Positions 19,570 to 30,406 of a stretch of DNA of 64,000 nt are shown in pieces. Every line of letters starts with the position of its first letter. The first letter of the stretch is position 1. The DNA is taken from the NCBI GenBank assembly GCA_965242865.1, contig CBDETK010000013.1, positions 992,001-1,056,000 on the forward strand, read 5' to 3'. This DNA is from Candidatus Latescibacterota bacterium (GTDB lineage: Bacteria; Latescibacterota; UBA2968; UBA8231). The position numbers were made by a program, and so were the translations under genes. The notes under the pieces are model-generated. The model saw only the letters and a program-made list of their open reading frames with translations, was not told where the DNA came from and searched no databases.

Positions 19570-22500
19570 CTAGGTCGTTCCCGCAGGGTATAGCGACGAT
19601 AGATCAACGGAGTATGGCCGACTCTTCCCTTCGCAAAAATACAGGGCCTTGAATCGGTCCATTTGCTTGATTTTGTCGATCAATCCTCGTTCCTGCTGCG
19701 AACTCGACACATTCCGCACCAACGACTTGGCATCCGCTTCGGTCAAGCGCAAAACGAGATAGTTGGCGATGGCTGAAAATACCGAGCCGTCGAAGTCCTT
19801 GGCCTCCTGCGAGGCGAGCACCAGCGAAATCCCGTACTTGCGGCACTCTTTTGCCATGGTGGGGATGAGCTTTAACCTTGCGGCCCGGTGCGCCTCGTCG
19901 AAAATCAAGGCGTGCGTAATCCGCTCTCGGATGCCTCGGCGGAACATGTCTTTGTAGAGTCCGTAAAACACCAACGACGCAAACGCTCGCTGGAGGTTGT
20001 CGTTTTGCGTCGTGTGAATGCGGATGACGGTCGGCTGCTCGCTCTCCCACAAGCTGCGATGGGACTCGCGCAGAGTGAAAAACCCGTAGTCTTCGAGCTC
20101 TTCCAAACGGGCAAGTAGCGTCCGCAACCCGCGGTCCGGTTTTGGCTCGCCGCGCAGAATTTCGACGAAGCGGCTGAACGCTGGCTCTTGCAAATCCGCG
20201 GGCGCGGCGTCGGCCTCTCCCCATCCGGCCTCGACAAAGCTCTCCTTGATGGCCCCGCGAATGCGCTCGGCCTGAATGTCGCCGAGTTCCGGGTAAATGG
20301 CCGCGAAAATGTCCCGCAGCGCGCCCGCTACGTCGAGATGCGCCCGCCGAGACCCGCGATCGACCACCTTTAGTGGGTTGAAATCCAAACCGTCAAACTC
20401 GATGAACCGCAGCGAGTTAGCTGACTCCTCAAGCCGCTCGTCAATGTCCTGATGATAGGAAAAGACGAGCGGGCGAATGCCGGCGGCCATCATCTGATTG
20501 CACAGGTTCAGCAGGCAGGTGGTCTTGCCCATGCCGGGCAGCCCCGCGATCAGAAGGTGGGGATTGCCCCGGACGGTCAGCGGCCAGCGGACTTCTGTGT
20601 TTGTAACGGGATCGGTGCCGAAACAGATCGCGGGAACGGCGTCCATAGAGGTCTGCCCGACCTGTGATTGTGCGTCCTCGGCCCGACCCCCAGCGGTTTG
20701 CGGCGCATCTAGCGGCTCAACCTGTGATTCCGCGTCCTCGGCCCGATCCCCAGCGAGCGGCCCGATCTCGGTCCGATCCCCAGCGGTTTGCGGCGCGTCC
20801 GCGAACCTTTCGGCGTCTTGTTCGGGCGACCGCAAGGCCGAATCGGGCAACAGGCTGGGACCGAACATGAACACCTGTATGCTCTGATCAGTAAAAATTT
20901 TGAGCGGCCTCGTTCCTTTATATTCGGGGCAAAAGACCCAGCCGCGGTCGCCGCTCTCGTCAGGGGCAAGCGCGTACTCGCCGCCCTTTGCGATCATGCG
21001 ATCCAGCTCGGCTACGAGCGCGTCATACCGCTCCTTTGGTAAATGGTGCCTACGCGCCTTGTCTGCATAAAAGCGCAGCACCCGGGCCAACTTGGTGCGC
21101 CGCACCGCTCTGAACGCCGAGCACCCTTCGTGCGAATACGAGTCGTTCCAACGCTGGCGCAGCCCAGCGGTCTGGTTCCGAATGTGGCTCAGCAGGTCTG
21201 GGGACCGTGCCGCACGTAAATCGCGGCGGTACTTGACCTCGACGAAGCGGAACACCAGTCCCTTTCCCTTTCTCGCGGCCGTGGTCACATACAGCAGGTC
21301 CGGCCGCATCTCCTGCTCATCGCCCTTTCCATCGGTCAGCGGCGGCAAGAGATCCCGAACATCATCTATCGGCACGATGAAGCCGCGCTCCAGCGATACC
21401 CAGCACGGGTCCGCCTCCTGCGCCCGCTGGCAATTTGCCTGCGAAACAGCGAGCGCGATCAACTCTGAAATCGTCTGCGGTTTGTCGCCGGTGAGGCGGA
21501 TGGCGAGCCGGCCGCTGAGGGCCTTGAGATGCTCCAAGAGGAACTTGGCGTTGCGACGACTGCGGCTGAGACCCATCTGATCTAAGGCACTGTCGAGGAG
21601 GATGCGGACCTCCTCCAAATTGCTGGTAGAGGTAATTAGCTGTAAGCAGCCTAAGTCCTCCCGTTCTGGAACGCAGTCAATCACGTACGCATCGTAGATG
21701 GTCCGATTGTCGCGCGGGGAATCGAAGTATTCAATGCCGGCGTTGCGGTCCAACGTGATGACCCAATCGCAAAGCTGGTGGAGCTTTTTGAGGCCCTCCT
21801 CCTTTTCCCGCGAGACCGCGGTACACAGCACCGGCCGCTTTCCATTTTCACCGCCGACGTGGCGCGCCACAGCCCCCTGTATGGCGCGTTGCAAGCGCTC
21901 CAAGCGATCGGTGTGCATCCGCTCTGATGGATGCTTTTCGCCGTCTTTTGCCAGCGCGACCCTGCTGCGCCATTGCGGCGCGGGCTGGGTGGTAAAATCG
22001 CGCTCGTAAAACGAAAGCAGGCCGAACGCATGGAACATCCCGTCCGGCCTCGCTTGCTCGTCCAGCTTTACCTGCGACTCAAAGGTGTCAAACGCGACCG
22101 CAACGTGGGCGGCGGTCTGCGGGTCCGGCCCATTTTTGCACGCCCAGCGCAACCTCGGCATGTTCACGCCGCCGGGCAGACTCACGGATTCGAGCATCCA
22201 CTGATCGCCGGCAGCCACCACACCAGCACCGCTGCGTCGCCGTTCCCGCGCCTCGGCGATGAACCGCCCGGCAATTCCGCGCTGCTCTTGAGAGGGATAC
22301 ATTTCCAGCAAGAAGGCGGGCGCATCTTGCGATTCCTCCTCGGAAGCATCCTCGGCATCGGCTTGGTGCTGACGGTCGTGGACGCGGCCCAGTGCCCGGG
22401 CAATGGTCAGGCCATCGCCCGCCCGAAGGGCGTGAACGCGGAGTAAGCGGGACGTGTTGTGGCAATCCAAGTATTTGCCGATCTCGGCCCCGACCACCTC

Positions 22501-24624
22501 GGCGCTCTGTTCCCCTACGGTCGGGGCGGCGTCCATGGCCTCGCCTTCTCCCAGCGCCCGGGCGAGAATCGCCACGGCTGCCTTAGGCTCTTTGTCCGCG
22601 TCCGGGACCATGCCGACTGCGTGAAAGCCGAGGGTGTCGGCAAAGACAAACGATCCGCCGGTTGGATTCGGGAGAAAGGCCGGGAACATGGCGCCGTCCA
22701 AGCACTGGAATTCGCGTCTTACGTCTTGCGCCTTTTGATCCTGCTCAAAGGCCGCGTGGAAAACGAGGTTGTCATACGCCGCATGCCACGCGACGCGCAA
22801 CGGGTGCGTCGGCAGGACGATGAGGCCAATTATCTGTCCGGCAAGGGATTGCACCTCTACGGTGTTGCACAGCGCAAGGGCTGGATCGCCGCTCTCCAAC
22901 AATGCCGTCCAAGCGCGGATGTACTCGCGGACCGCATCAAACGCTTTCGCCTTATCGTCATAGACGTGGCCGACCACACTGCCACCCTTGCGGACGCGGT
23001 CGGCCAACCTTCGGCTCGCCACGACGGCTCGCTCCCATATTGGCCCCTCGTCCTCATGGGGGATGAACTCCGTGGCTCCCGCTCGGACGCCGGACGACCG
23101 AACCTTGACGCGCCAATGCCCAATTGCTCCGCCTCGTTCCGTCTCCGTCCATTGCTTTTCTACCTCGCGGAGCAGCGGCGGGCAGGATACGCGAAAACTC
23201 AGCCGTTTTGTACCGGACGTGCGTAGCAGCGCCAAGTTGCGTTTCGCGTCAAAACCAAAACCTGTTGGACTATCGGCTATGGCGGACACGCTCTCTCGCT
23301 CGTCAAGTTCGACCAACCCCTCGCTGAACGCCCGAACCGTTTTGCCTACCCCTCCCGCGGTCTTTTCGGGCGGGTCGCCAAAGCGGATGACGAACTCCTC
23401 GCTTTCTTGCGGTTCGACCTTGTCGTTGCCCACCGCGGAAACTACCACTTTGGCGGAGACCAGCGAGTCTTCGTTTAGCATGGAGAAGTCGTCATTGCTG
23501 AACCGGCACTTCTCCCCGCCTTTACGCGCCGAGTGGCTCACGTCGTGCGCGGCTAACTCTTGGTCCTCGCCAGCTACGACAGCAACGCGGTACTCCACGG
23601 CGTTCTTTTCCAAGTTGCCGGGCCGCACCTTCCAGCGGATTTCCAGATTCTTATAGTCAGCCGACGACGCGGCTTCGGGCTTCAGGCGCAGAACCGGCGG
23701 TTGTGCATCGGCGTCTTCGCCGAACAGGGTAGCGGATTCCGCTTCCAATCCCGACCACCTCGCTACCGTGCCGTTGCGGGTGCGCCAAGGCGTCAGTTCA
23801 ATCGCCTGAATGGCATCGGCATTCTCTATCTGCAATTCACCTACCCACAGGTGCTTCTCATCGGCCAATTTTTCCAGCGCAGATAGCTGCGGTTGGGTTT
23901 CCGCCGCGTGCAGGAAGCCTGCCAGTGCTTGGCGTTGCTCGTCCGTCGGCTTGGAAAGCCGCAGTGACTCAATCCGCGCCGCAATGGTCTGCCCAGAGGC
24001 CGCCGTTCCCAACAGGTGATCGACAAACCGGCGCGAGTCGTCTAGGGCCATCTCGTCTAAACCGGCGGATTTCGCAATGGGCCACAGGCCGAGCAGGTGG
24101 AGATACGCGCCGGGATGCCGGTTGTGCGACGCGATGCGGCAGAGAAAGTCAAACGCGGTCCATGGCGAAACGCTGTACTGACGGCCAAATCCCTGCGCCT
24201 TTTTGATCGCTTGCTCGGCATATTGGCGGTGGGCACTCGACAATCGGCGCGTCACCTCGGCTCCAGCCAGTCGTTGAGCTTCCTTGAATAGGCTTGTTTC
24301 ATCTACCTCCCGCGACGCACTGTAGATGCCGTCCATGCCGGCCCCGGCAAGCTGGGTATCTACCAGCAGCAAGGTGGCATCGCCTTTGGCCTCGCGCATC
24401 TCGACCGCACGGTCCGCGGTAATGGTCCGCAGGTTGGTATCATCCGAATCCGCCACCCGCCAAACCTGCCAATTCTGTACGCAGAAGTTTTCGTCCGCCG
24501 CGAGCCTTTCCACCACATCCGGCGTCAGGCAGCGGACAAAAGCCACGGTTCCGGGTTCAGGTCGGTCCAACACCTTCTCAAACGCCTGCCCGAATACTTG
24601 CCCATGCAGTCTGGTCCACTCCAT
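19570..24624 (-). CDS. Large ATP-binding protein: PD-(D/E)xK-like nuclease motif + HerA/FtsK-like ATPase (MAD8/DndH-like)
   Basis: RPDLLYV...FVEVKY; Walker A GLPGMGKT; Walker B LIFDEAH; RKYGISLVLASQ; 1684 aa. Confidence 0.8.
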   Translation of the reverse strand: MEWTRLHGQVFGQAFEKVLDRPEPGTVAFVRCLTPDVVERLAADENFCVQNWQVWRVADSDDTNLRTITADRAVEMREAKGDATLLLVDTQLAGAGMDGIYSASREVDETSLFKEAQRLAGAEVTRRLSSAHRQYAEQAIKKAQGFGRQYSVSPWTAFDFLCRIASHNRHPGAYLHLLGLWPIAKSAGLDEMALDDSRRFVDHLLGTAASGQTIAARIESLRLSKPTDEQRQALAGFLHAAETQPQLSALEKLADEKHLWVGELQIENADAIQAIELTPWRTRNGTVARWSGLEAESATLFGEDADAQPPVLRLKPEAASSADYKNLEIRWKVRPGNLEKNAVEYRVAVVAGEDQELAAHDVSHSARKGGEKCRFSNDDFSMLNEDSLVSAKVVVSAVGNDKVEPQESEEFVIRFGDPPEKTAGGVGKTVRAFSEGLVELDERESVSAIADSPTGFGFDAKRNLALLRTSGTKRLSFRVSCPPLLREVEKQWTETERGGAIGHWRVKVRSSGVRAGATEFIPHEDEGPIWERAVVASRRLADRVRKGGSVVGHVYDDKAKAFDAVREYIRAWTALLESGDPALALCNTVEVQSLAGQIIGLIVLPTHPLRVAWHAAYDNLVFHAAFEQDQKAQDVRREFQCLDGAMFPAFLPNPTGGSFVFADTLGFHAVGMVPDADKEPKAAVAILARALGEGEAMDAAPTVGEQSAEVVGAEIGKYLDCHNTSRLLRVHALRAGDGLTIARALGRVHDRQHQADAEDASEEESQDAPAFLLEMYPSQEQRGIAGRFIAEARERRRSGAGVVAAGDQWMLESVSLPGGVNMPRLRWACKNGPDPQTAAHVAVAFDTFESQVKLDEQARPDGMFHAFGLLSFYERDFTTQPAPQWRSRVALAKDGEKHPSERMHTDRLERLQRAIQGAVARHVGGENGKRPVLCTAVSREKEEGLKKLHQLCDWVITLDRNAGIEYFDSPRDNRTIYDAYVIDCVPEREDLGCLQLITSTSNLEEVRILLDSALDQMGLSRSRRNAKFLLEHLKALSGRLAIRLTGDKPQTISELIALAVSQANCQRAQEADPCWVSLERGFIVPIDDVRDLLPPLTDGKGDEQEMRPDLLYVTTAARKGKGLVFRFVEVKYRRDLRAARSPDLLSHIRNQTAGLRQRWNDSYSHEGCSAFRAVRRTKLARVLRFYADKARRHHLPKERYDALVAELDRMIAKGGEYALAPDESGDRGWVFCPEYKGTRPLKIFTDQSIQVFMFGPSLLPDSALRSPEQDAERFADAPQTAGDRTEIGPLAGDRAEDAESQVEPLDAPQTAGGRAEDAQSQVGQTSMDAVPAICFGTDPVTNTEVRWPLTVRGNPHLLIAGLPGMGKTTCLLNLCNQMMAAGIRPLVFSYHQDIDERLEESANSLRFIEFDGLDFNPLKVVDRGSRRAHLDVAGALRDIFAAIYPELGDIQAERIRGAIKESFVEAGWGEADAAPADLQEPAFSRFVEILRGEPKPDRGLRTLLARLEELEDYGFFTLRESHRSLWESEQPTVIRIHTTQNDNLQRAFASLVFYGLYKDMFRRGIRERITHALIFDEAHRAARLKLIPTMAKECRKYGISLVLASQEAKDFDGSVFSAIANYLVLRLTEADAKSLVRNVSSSQQERGLIDKIKQMDRFKALYFCEGKSRPYSVDLSSLYPAGTT

Positions 24625-24629
24625 ATCAA

Positions 24630-26397
24630 TCAGTTCTCCATCACTGGCTTGAAGCGAGGCTCCAGCCGCTTCATCGCTTCTGCATCGTTGACGCCCACCA
24701 AAAGCCCTAGGTCGCGCAGACGCCGCTCTAAGATCGTGCGATTCCTTTGCAGCAATTCGTTGGAGATCGTCATCCCCGGCGGGGCGGTATCCACGTGGAA
24801 TCCATAGCGGTCGCGCAAAATTTCGAGAAACGCCCTGAATGAAAGGGGGCGGACATCCGGTTTGTTGCCCGGCCGCAATAAGTGGAGATGTACCAGATAG
24901 TCCAGCACCGAATCGGTGAACACGAGGGAACGGACATCGCGCCGCCTACCGCCTCGCGTCGTTTTCCGTTTTGTAGCCAGTCCATTTGGACGCCCGATGA
25001 GCAAACTCGAGTCGATCATTTCTGTGAAATGTCTGCGAAATTTCGACCCCATGAGCACCATCAATCCCTCGGCGAGCCGCCAGACCGGGTGGTTGTTATC
25101 CTCGTTATCGAGAATCTCCGCGGCTTCGGAATAATCACCCGCCAGTTCTCCGGCCAACTTTTCGGCGTCGTCTTCGATTCCGAGTCGGATTCTTACCGCT
25201 TGCTGATGGCGGTCTTGGAGCAAATCCCCCAACAGATTCAGCCAATCCGTGGCATAAGGGCGGGTTGGAATATTCTGTTTTTTGATTTCCCTGTTGTCCC
25301 GTGCGTGATAATCCAGCAACCGCAGGACCATCAAAATGACGGGAAAACGTTCCATGCGCCGCATGGCATCATCCATAGATTGCTCGGCTACGTCCCTCCC
25401 CATTTGAGCAATCCACAAACAAAGGAGCGGGGTCTTGTTCTTGTTCTTCTGGAACCTCACCCGTATCGGACCACCGAAATAGCAACTCTATCGCGCTGGT
25501 AAGAATGGTCGTCAAACCGATGGCAATGCAGGACTCCATCATATCTACCAGAGCGTAGCGCGGCACACGGGCCGCATAAGCGCGTGTGAAGCGACGAATG
25601 TCTTCGGAAAAATCCTCTGCTGCGCACTTGGCGATGGGGCGTTGATTGGAAATTGGCCCCGCTTCTTTGCCGCGCATCTTGTCCGGTGCTGCCTCAAGTT
25701 GTTGCGCGAGTCGGATCATCAACAGTTGGTCCAGCCCAACCGAGTCATCTGCCTCATTGAATCGGTCGGATGTGAGATCGCTTATGACCTCTCCGCGGCG
25801 CACAACGCCTTGGCTGAATGCGTCCAACAAAATGTTCTCTTCGTACTTCTTCCCCACCGGGAACCAAGTCTTTTTGCCATCGCTCGGCTGAACGGTCTCG
25901 CCCTTTTGATCAGCCAGCATCGCGACGATCATTTCGGGGACATAGCGGAGATGCACCACGCTTGTTGGTAGATCGATCCAACTCGCCATGTAATGGGCAG
26001 GTGCCACGCGCTGAATTGGCTGGTCGCGTCCCAAACCGTGCCTGATATTTTCAAGGCAGAAACAGAGCAACAAATCGCCGAGGATGGCTTGCTCAGCTTC
26101 GCCCGTAAACCCGTCCAACTCCGCTGCGCGGGAAAGGGTCTCTGCAATGCGTTCGATATTCGCAGATCTCCTTCTTTGGCTGGGTGACCCATTTTTGTCG
26201 GCAAAGGTCTTGAGAAAATTTCCGCCACCTCTGCGCTGACCGAAGCGGAACATGTAGAAAACCGCGGGAAGAACCGCGGATATTTCGAAACTCTGCACCG
26301 AGACCGGCAACACCTCGTCGTAGTTACCGGACCAAATTTCTCGGGTCATGCTGGGAGACAATACGTCTTCGACGAGTTTGCGGGCATTATCGGCCAT
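24630..26397 (-). pseudogene. MAD7/DndG-like protein split by a frameshift near 25395
   Basis: ORF 26397-25369 and ORF 25460-24630 join at FVDCSNG / RDVAEQSMDD; C-terminal LRDLGLLVGVNDAEA; sits between the kinase and ATPase genes. Confidence 0.75.
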
Positions 26398-29300
26398 TTG
26401 TCATCCCCTCCAGTCGCTGAATAATCATCTGTTGCTGAACGTCGCTCCCGTCCCCTCCGACGATCTCCGCAGAAACCTCGTAGATCGCCTCGTCCTGCAT
26501 TGGATTCCAAGCCAATATCCTGCGGTCGTCCTCGCGCACCAGCCGCTGCACAAAGATCGACAAGTGGGCAAAGGTGTCGTCGGTCGAGACATCGCCCAAC
26601 TGGTAGCCATCGCTCAGTTCCAGCAGCAAGTGAAACAGATCGGCACCGAGGCGGAGCCGCTCTTCCCCTCCACGCCGATAGCGGTAGATCAAAAAGGCTT
26701 GGCGATGCAGCCGATCAAGCTCTTCGGCTTCGGCTGGCAAAACGGGTTCAAGCCGAAAGCGGGTCAGCGGCTTTTCCACCCAGAACGCAGTTTCCGTCGG
26801 CGTCCGCGGCGTGATGCGTAGCGGGACCACCACATCAGAGCGGTCAAGTGCTTGGGGCGGCAGACTTTCCAAACGCTCAATCCCCTCGCACAGCCTCCGG
26901 CACAGATCGTCACAATCACCGATTGGGATATTTGGGATATTGCTGAACGCCCGATAATGCCGCGCTTGGGCCAAGCCGAGGGCATGACGGTCTGCGGCAA
27001 TCTTGGCGATGCGGTCTTCGCCCCATTCAAAGTAGGCCCGCCGCCGCTCCGATTCCAATTCCAGGCCGCCCGTGGCATCGCGCAGCAGTTGCCGATCAAT
27101 CTTAGGATGCGCTTCAAGAGCCGGATCAAAGCGAATCAGCTCTTGCAGCACTTCGCCCTGTCGCCCCGGCGACTCCGGCGCAAAAGCGCGGTCCCAATAG
27201 GGCAACCGATCTTCCGCACTGTTGTGATAGTCGCTGCAAAAGTGAACGCCAAACAGGATATAGACCAAGGCGGCCCGCAGTTCGCGCACCGTGATATGGG
27301 TTTCGCCGCGCAGGTGAACGGCTTGCAACATCTCAAACAGCCGCTGCCGAGCGCGAGTACGCTCACCGTCCGAGACCATGCCGGGCAGCCCTTTGGGGCC
27401 AAACCACCGCATGGCGCGGCGCACCTCGCACCGATCTTGCGCCGAACACGTCTCGCAAGGTTCCCAAATCTGGGGGGCCTTCTCTTTGCCGTAGAGACTG
27501 TCTAGCAAATCTTCGAGAAAGCGGGTATCAATGCGCCCTTCGCTCGGCAAAACGCTGCCGACGAGCGACCGTTGATTGAGGCTAATGAAGCGGATGTGCG
27601 ATTCGGGCGGGGTTTCCTCGCCGTTGAGCAGATCGTAGAGAGCCTGTGTCAACGGCGTTCCCGCTTCGCTCTCGACGCGCTCAATCCACTCCAAGAGACG
27701 CCCATCGTTAATCGCCAAAAGATGGACGAGGTCTTCTTCGGGCACACCCTGTTGAAACGGCCCCAAGAATTCATCTAAAAGATCATCGGCCGACCGCCCC
27801 TCCCACGACGCCGACCCATCGAGATTCATGCGGACGATCAGACCATCGTCCATCCGCTGCTCCAGAATGCGCTCTGAGGAATCGCGGACCTCAAACCCAA
27901 GGCCACGAGCAAGGTGCTGAAGCAACGCGGTTTTCCCATCGCCAGCGTTGCCACACAAGACGACGAGCCGAACTTCTCGCAACAGAATGTCGCCACGCAG
28001 TGCATCTTCGAGCGGAGTTTCAACGTAGGTTTGCGCGGCGAAGTCCGTGTCAAGGCCGCGAGTTTCGCTGTTTCCCCAGCGAGAGCCGGGGTAAGATTGC
28101 AGCAAGTCCCGCAGATGAGACACTTCGTTTTCACGGCGAGCGGGTGGTTCCGCAACCTCGCCAGCGGATTCACCGGCCCTCTCGGCCTCCGTAGCCGAAG
28201 GTGGACTCAAAGCGGCCTTTGCTTTCGCCGCAGACGCAAATCGCTGGGCCGGGTCGGGATGCGTCGCTTGCTTCAGGAAGGCGGCGACGGTGGGGTACTG
28301 TTCGCGCTCGACGCCCTCCCAGTTCAAGCCGCGTTCCTTGGCCCGGCTGCCGTCGTACATAAACGGCTCTTTCTCAAAAAGCACCTGAAAGAAGCTGGCG
28401 GCCAGCGCGAAGAAGTCGTCCGCAGGAACGGCCAAGCGGTCTTTGAGCGGCCCATCCGCGCTATACAGGACAGTGCCGGGCGCGACGACCCGCTCCCCCA
28501 CCTTGGCGACACAGTCGTAGTCCGTCAAAACGATCTCGGCGTCGGCAACGATCAAGTTGCGCGGGCTGACGTCGCCATGCACCAAGCCGTTGCGATGCAA
28601 AACGTCCAACGCCTCGCAAACCGTTCGCAACCAACGCAACGCTAAGGCTTCCGCGGCCTCTTCTTGGAAATCTTCGGCTAAGATCGGGAGGACGCCGGCC
28701 AGTTCGCTCAAAGGTTCGCCCTCGACCCACTGCATCAAGGCGACGAAGCCATTGTCGCGCCACTCCGCCGCCGTTTCAAATATGGTCGAAAGCCCGGCCG
28801 AAGCCGCGAGATGCGGACGCGCCAGATCGTATGCCGGGAGAACCCGTTGGCCGGTTTTTTCGTCCCAGACCACCTTGGCGACGTAAGCCCCGAGATCTCC
28901 GCCCGTCGCGCCCTCGATCTCCACCACCTTGAACGTGGTTCCGACCCCACCGGAACCGAGCCGCGAAACGATCCGGTACTTCCGGCCGCGAAAGTTCACC
29001 TCTTGATCTTCGGTCCAGAACCGAGCCGGTGGCACGACGACGACCGGCGGTTCGCCCAACAGGTCCGACAACGAGTCGCGGAGTTCTTCCAACGTAGCTC
29101 GCTCGGCTGGACCGTCCACCTTCCCCTCGGCCAGCACCATGCTCGCCTCTAAACTCTCGTCGTCGTCTCGCTCTGCGAACAGCACGGCCAGACTGGCGCA
29201 CAACGAATACACGTCCGATTGGCGATCCGCCGCCCCAAGACCCTGCTGGCGAATCTCGGGCGCCACCGCCTCGTCCCACTCGTCCTCGGCACTGCCGGAG

Positions 29301-30361
29301 ACCGCCATCGTGACGTCCGCGGGAATCCGGGCGTACTGAAAGCCCGTCAAGATCGGCGTGTTGTCGTGTCTGACCAGAATCGTGCCCGACGTGAGGTTCC
29401 GGTGCAACATAGGCTCCTCGCCTTCCCCCGCTTCGTGCAACTCCATCAACGCTTCTACGGCTTGCCGAGCAAAGGCCAGTCGCGCCGTCGCATCCCAAGT
29501 GCCGTCGGCGGTCCGCTCCTCAACGCTAGGGGCCGCCGGGTCTGCAACCGTGAAGAACCCCAGCTCGCCCGCGTACCCCGGTGCTCCTTGGAATGAATCG
29601 ACAATGCGCGGTGCCCAAGCATGAAGTTGCAGCCGGTGCAGTGCGTCAAATTCCCGCCGCGCCCTTTCCTCTGGGTTCGGCTGGTCGGTTGCCGACAGGT
29701 CGTACAGATGCAGGAGCACGGAATCGCGACGAGTAGAATGCGTCCCCTTGTACATTCGATGAAACCGCTCGTCCGCCGGCGTCTGGAGCGTCAGATTGCC
29801 ATAATCAGCCAAGCGTCTCAGCACCCCGTCTATCGCCACACTGGCCTTCGGGTACAGCACCTTGCCCAGCCTCTTGACCTGCGACAGCGATAGAGCGGCC
29901 GGCTCACCCAACCCCAAGGCCCCTTTCCAAGCTCTCAACGTGTGGAACCGGACGCCGCGGATTTCCTGCCCCTCAAGCGGCTTGACCTTCGCGGCATCCT
30001 GCGTGACCAAGAACACCCCATCCACCCGGCCAAGCTCCGGGATCACCCGGCGCAAGGTGGTGCCAACCTTGCGCGCCTTGTTCGCCACCCGCTCGGCCTC
30101 GCGCTCCACAAGATCGGGATTCCGCTTCACCCAAGTCGCGTTCCAGTGCTTGACCTCAATGACCCGAACCCCGTGCGGGCCAATGGCGACCATGTCGATT
30201 TCGTCTGATTGGCGTCGATGGCTGGTAGAAAACGCGAGGTTCGTCAACAGCAGCCACTCGCCATCGCCCTGTTCAGCGATCAAGCCCGTCTTGAGCCGCT
30301 CAAAGGCCCTCCGCTCGCTCTCATTGACGGCCAGCCCACAGCTAATCAGTTCTACCTTCAT
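26387..30361 (-). CDS. NERD nuclease + pseudokinase + Ser/Thr kinase + P-loop ATPase (MAD6/PglW/DndF-like)
   Basis: NERD EIDMV...IEVKHW; degenerate kinase HRNL...TGF; kinase GSGGVG, HGDVSPRN, TDYD; Walker A GNAGDGKT. Confidence 0.85.
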   Translation of the reverse strand: MKVELISCGLAVNESERRAFERLKTGLIAEQGDGEWLLLTNLAFSTSHRRQSDEIDMVAIGPHGVRVIEVKHWNATWVKRNPDLVEREAERVANKARKVGTTLRRVIPELGRVDGVFLVTQDAAKVKPLEGQEIRGVRFHTLRAWKGALGLGEPAALSLSQVKRLGKVLYPKASVAIDGVLRRLADYGNLTLQTPADERFHRMYKGTHSTRRDSVLLHLYDLSATDQPNPEERARREFDALHRLQLHAWAPRIVDSFQGAPGYAGELGFFTVADPAAPSVEERTADGTWDATARLAFARQAVEALMELHEAGEGEEPMLHRNLTSGTILVRHDNTPILTGFQYARIPADVTMAVSGSAEDEWDEAVAPEIRQQGLGAADRQSDVYSLCASLAVLFAERDDDESLEASMVLAEGKVDGPAERATLEELRDSLSDLLGEPPVVVVPPARFWTEDQEVNFRGRKYRIVSRLGSGGVGTTFKVVEIEGATGGDLGAYVAKVVWDEKTGQRVLPAYDLARPHLAASAGLSTIFETAAEWRDNGFVALMQWVEGEPLSELAGVLPILAEDFQEEAAEALALRWLRTVCEALDVLHRNGLVHGDVSPRNLIVADAEIVLTDYDCVAKVGERVVAPGTVLYSADGPLKDRLAVPADDFFALAASFFQVLFEKEPFMYDGSRAKERGLNWEGVEREQYPTVAAFLKQATHPDPAQRFASAAKAKAALSPPSATEAERAGESAGEVAEPPARRENEVSHLRDLLQSYPGSRWGNSETRGLDTDFAAQTYVETPLEDALRGDILLREVRLVVLCGNAGDGKTALLQHLARGLGFEVRDSSERILEQRMDDGLIVRMNLDGSASWEGRSADDLLDEFLGPFQQGVPEEDLVHLLAINDGRLLEWIERVESEAGTPLTQALYDLLNGEETPPESHIRFISLNQRSLVGSVLPSEGRIDTRFLEDLLDSLYGKEKAPQIWEPCETCSAQDRCEVRRAMRWFGPKGLPGMVSDGERTRARQRLFEMLQAVHLRGETHITVRELRAALVYILFGVHFCSDYHNSAEDRLPYWDRAFAPESPGRQGEVLQELIRFDPALEAHPKIDRQLLRDATGGLELESERRRAYFEWGEDRIAKIAADRHALGLAQARHYRAFSNIPNIPIGDCDDLCRRLCEGIERLESLPPQALDRSDVVVPLRITPRTPTETAFWVEKPLTRFRLEPVLPAEAEELDRLHRQAFLIYRYRRGGEERLRLGADLFHLLLELSDGYQLGDVSTDDTFAHLSIFVQRLVREDDRRILAWNPMQDEAIYEVSAEIVGGDGSDVQQQMIIQRLEGMTNGR

Positions 30362-30406
30362 CGGTCGTCGCCTTCCACGATTAAACCTCCCGCAGCCAAT
30401 TGCCCT

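Noticed and set aside
18421-30361. tRNA-Lys-integrated genomic island carrying the defence module
   Set aside because: The module lies 5' of the tRNA, there is no integrase, and I saw no duplicated tRNA 3' end.
26387-30361. Complete BREX type 2 (Pgl) system
   Set aside because: Only the PglW-like N-terminal architecture matches; pglX, pglY and pglZ are absent.
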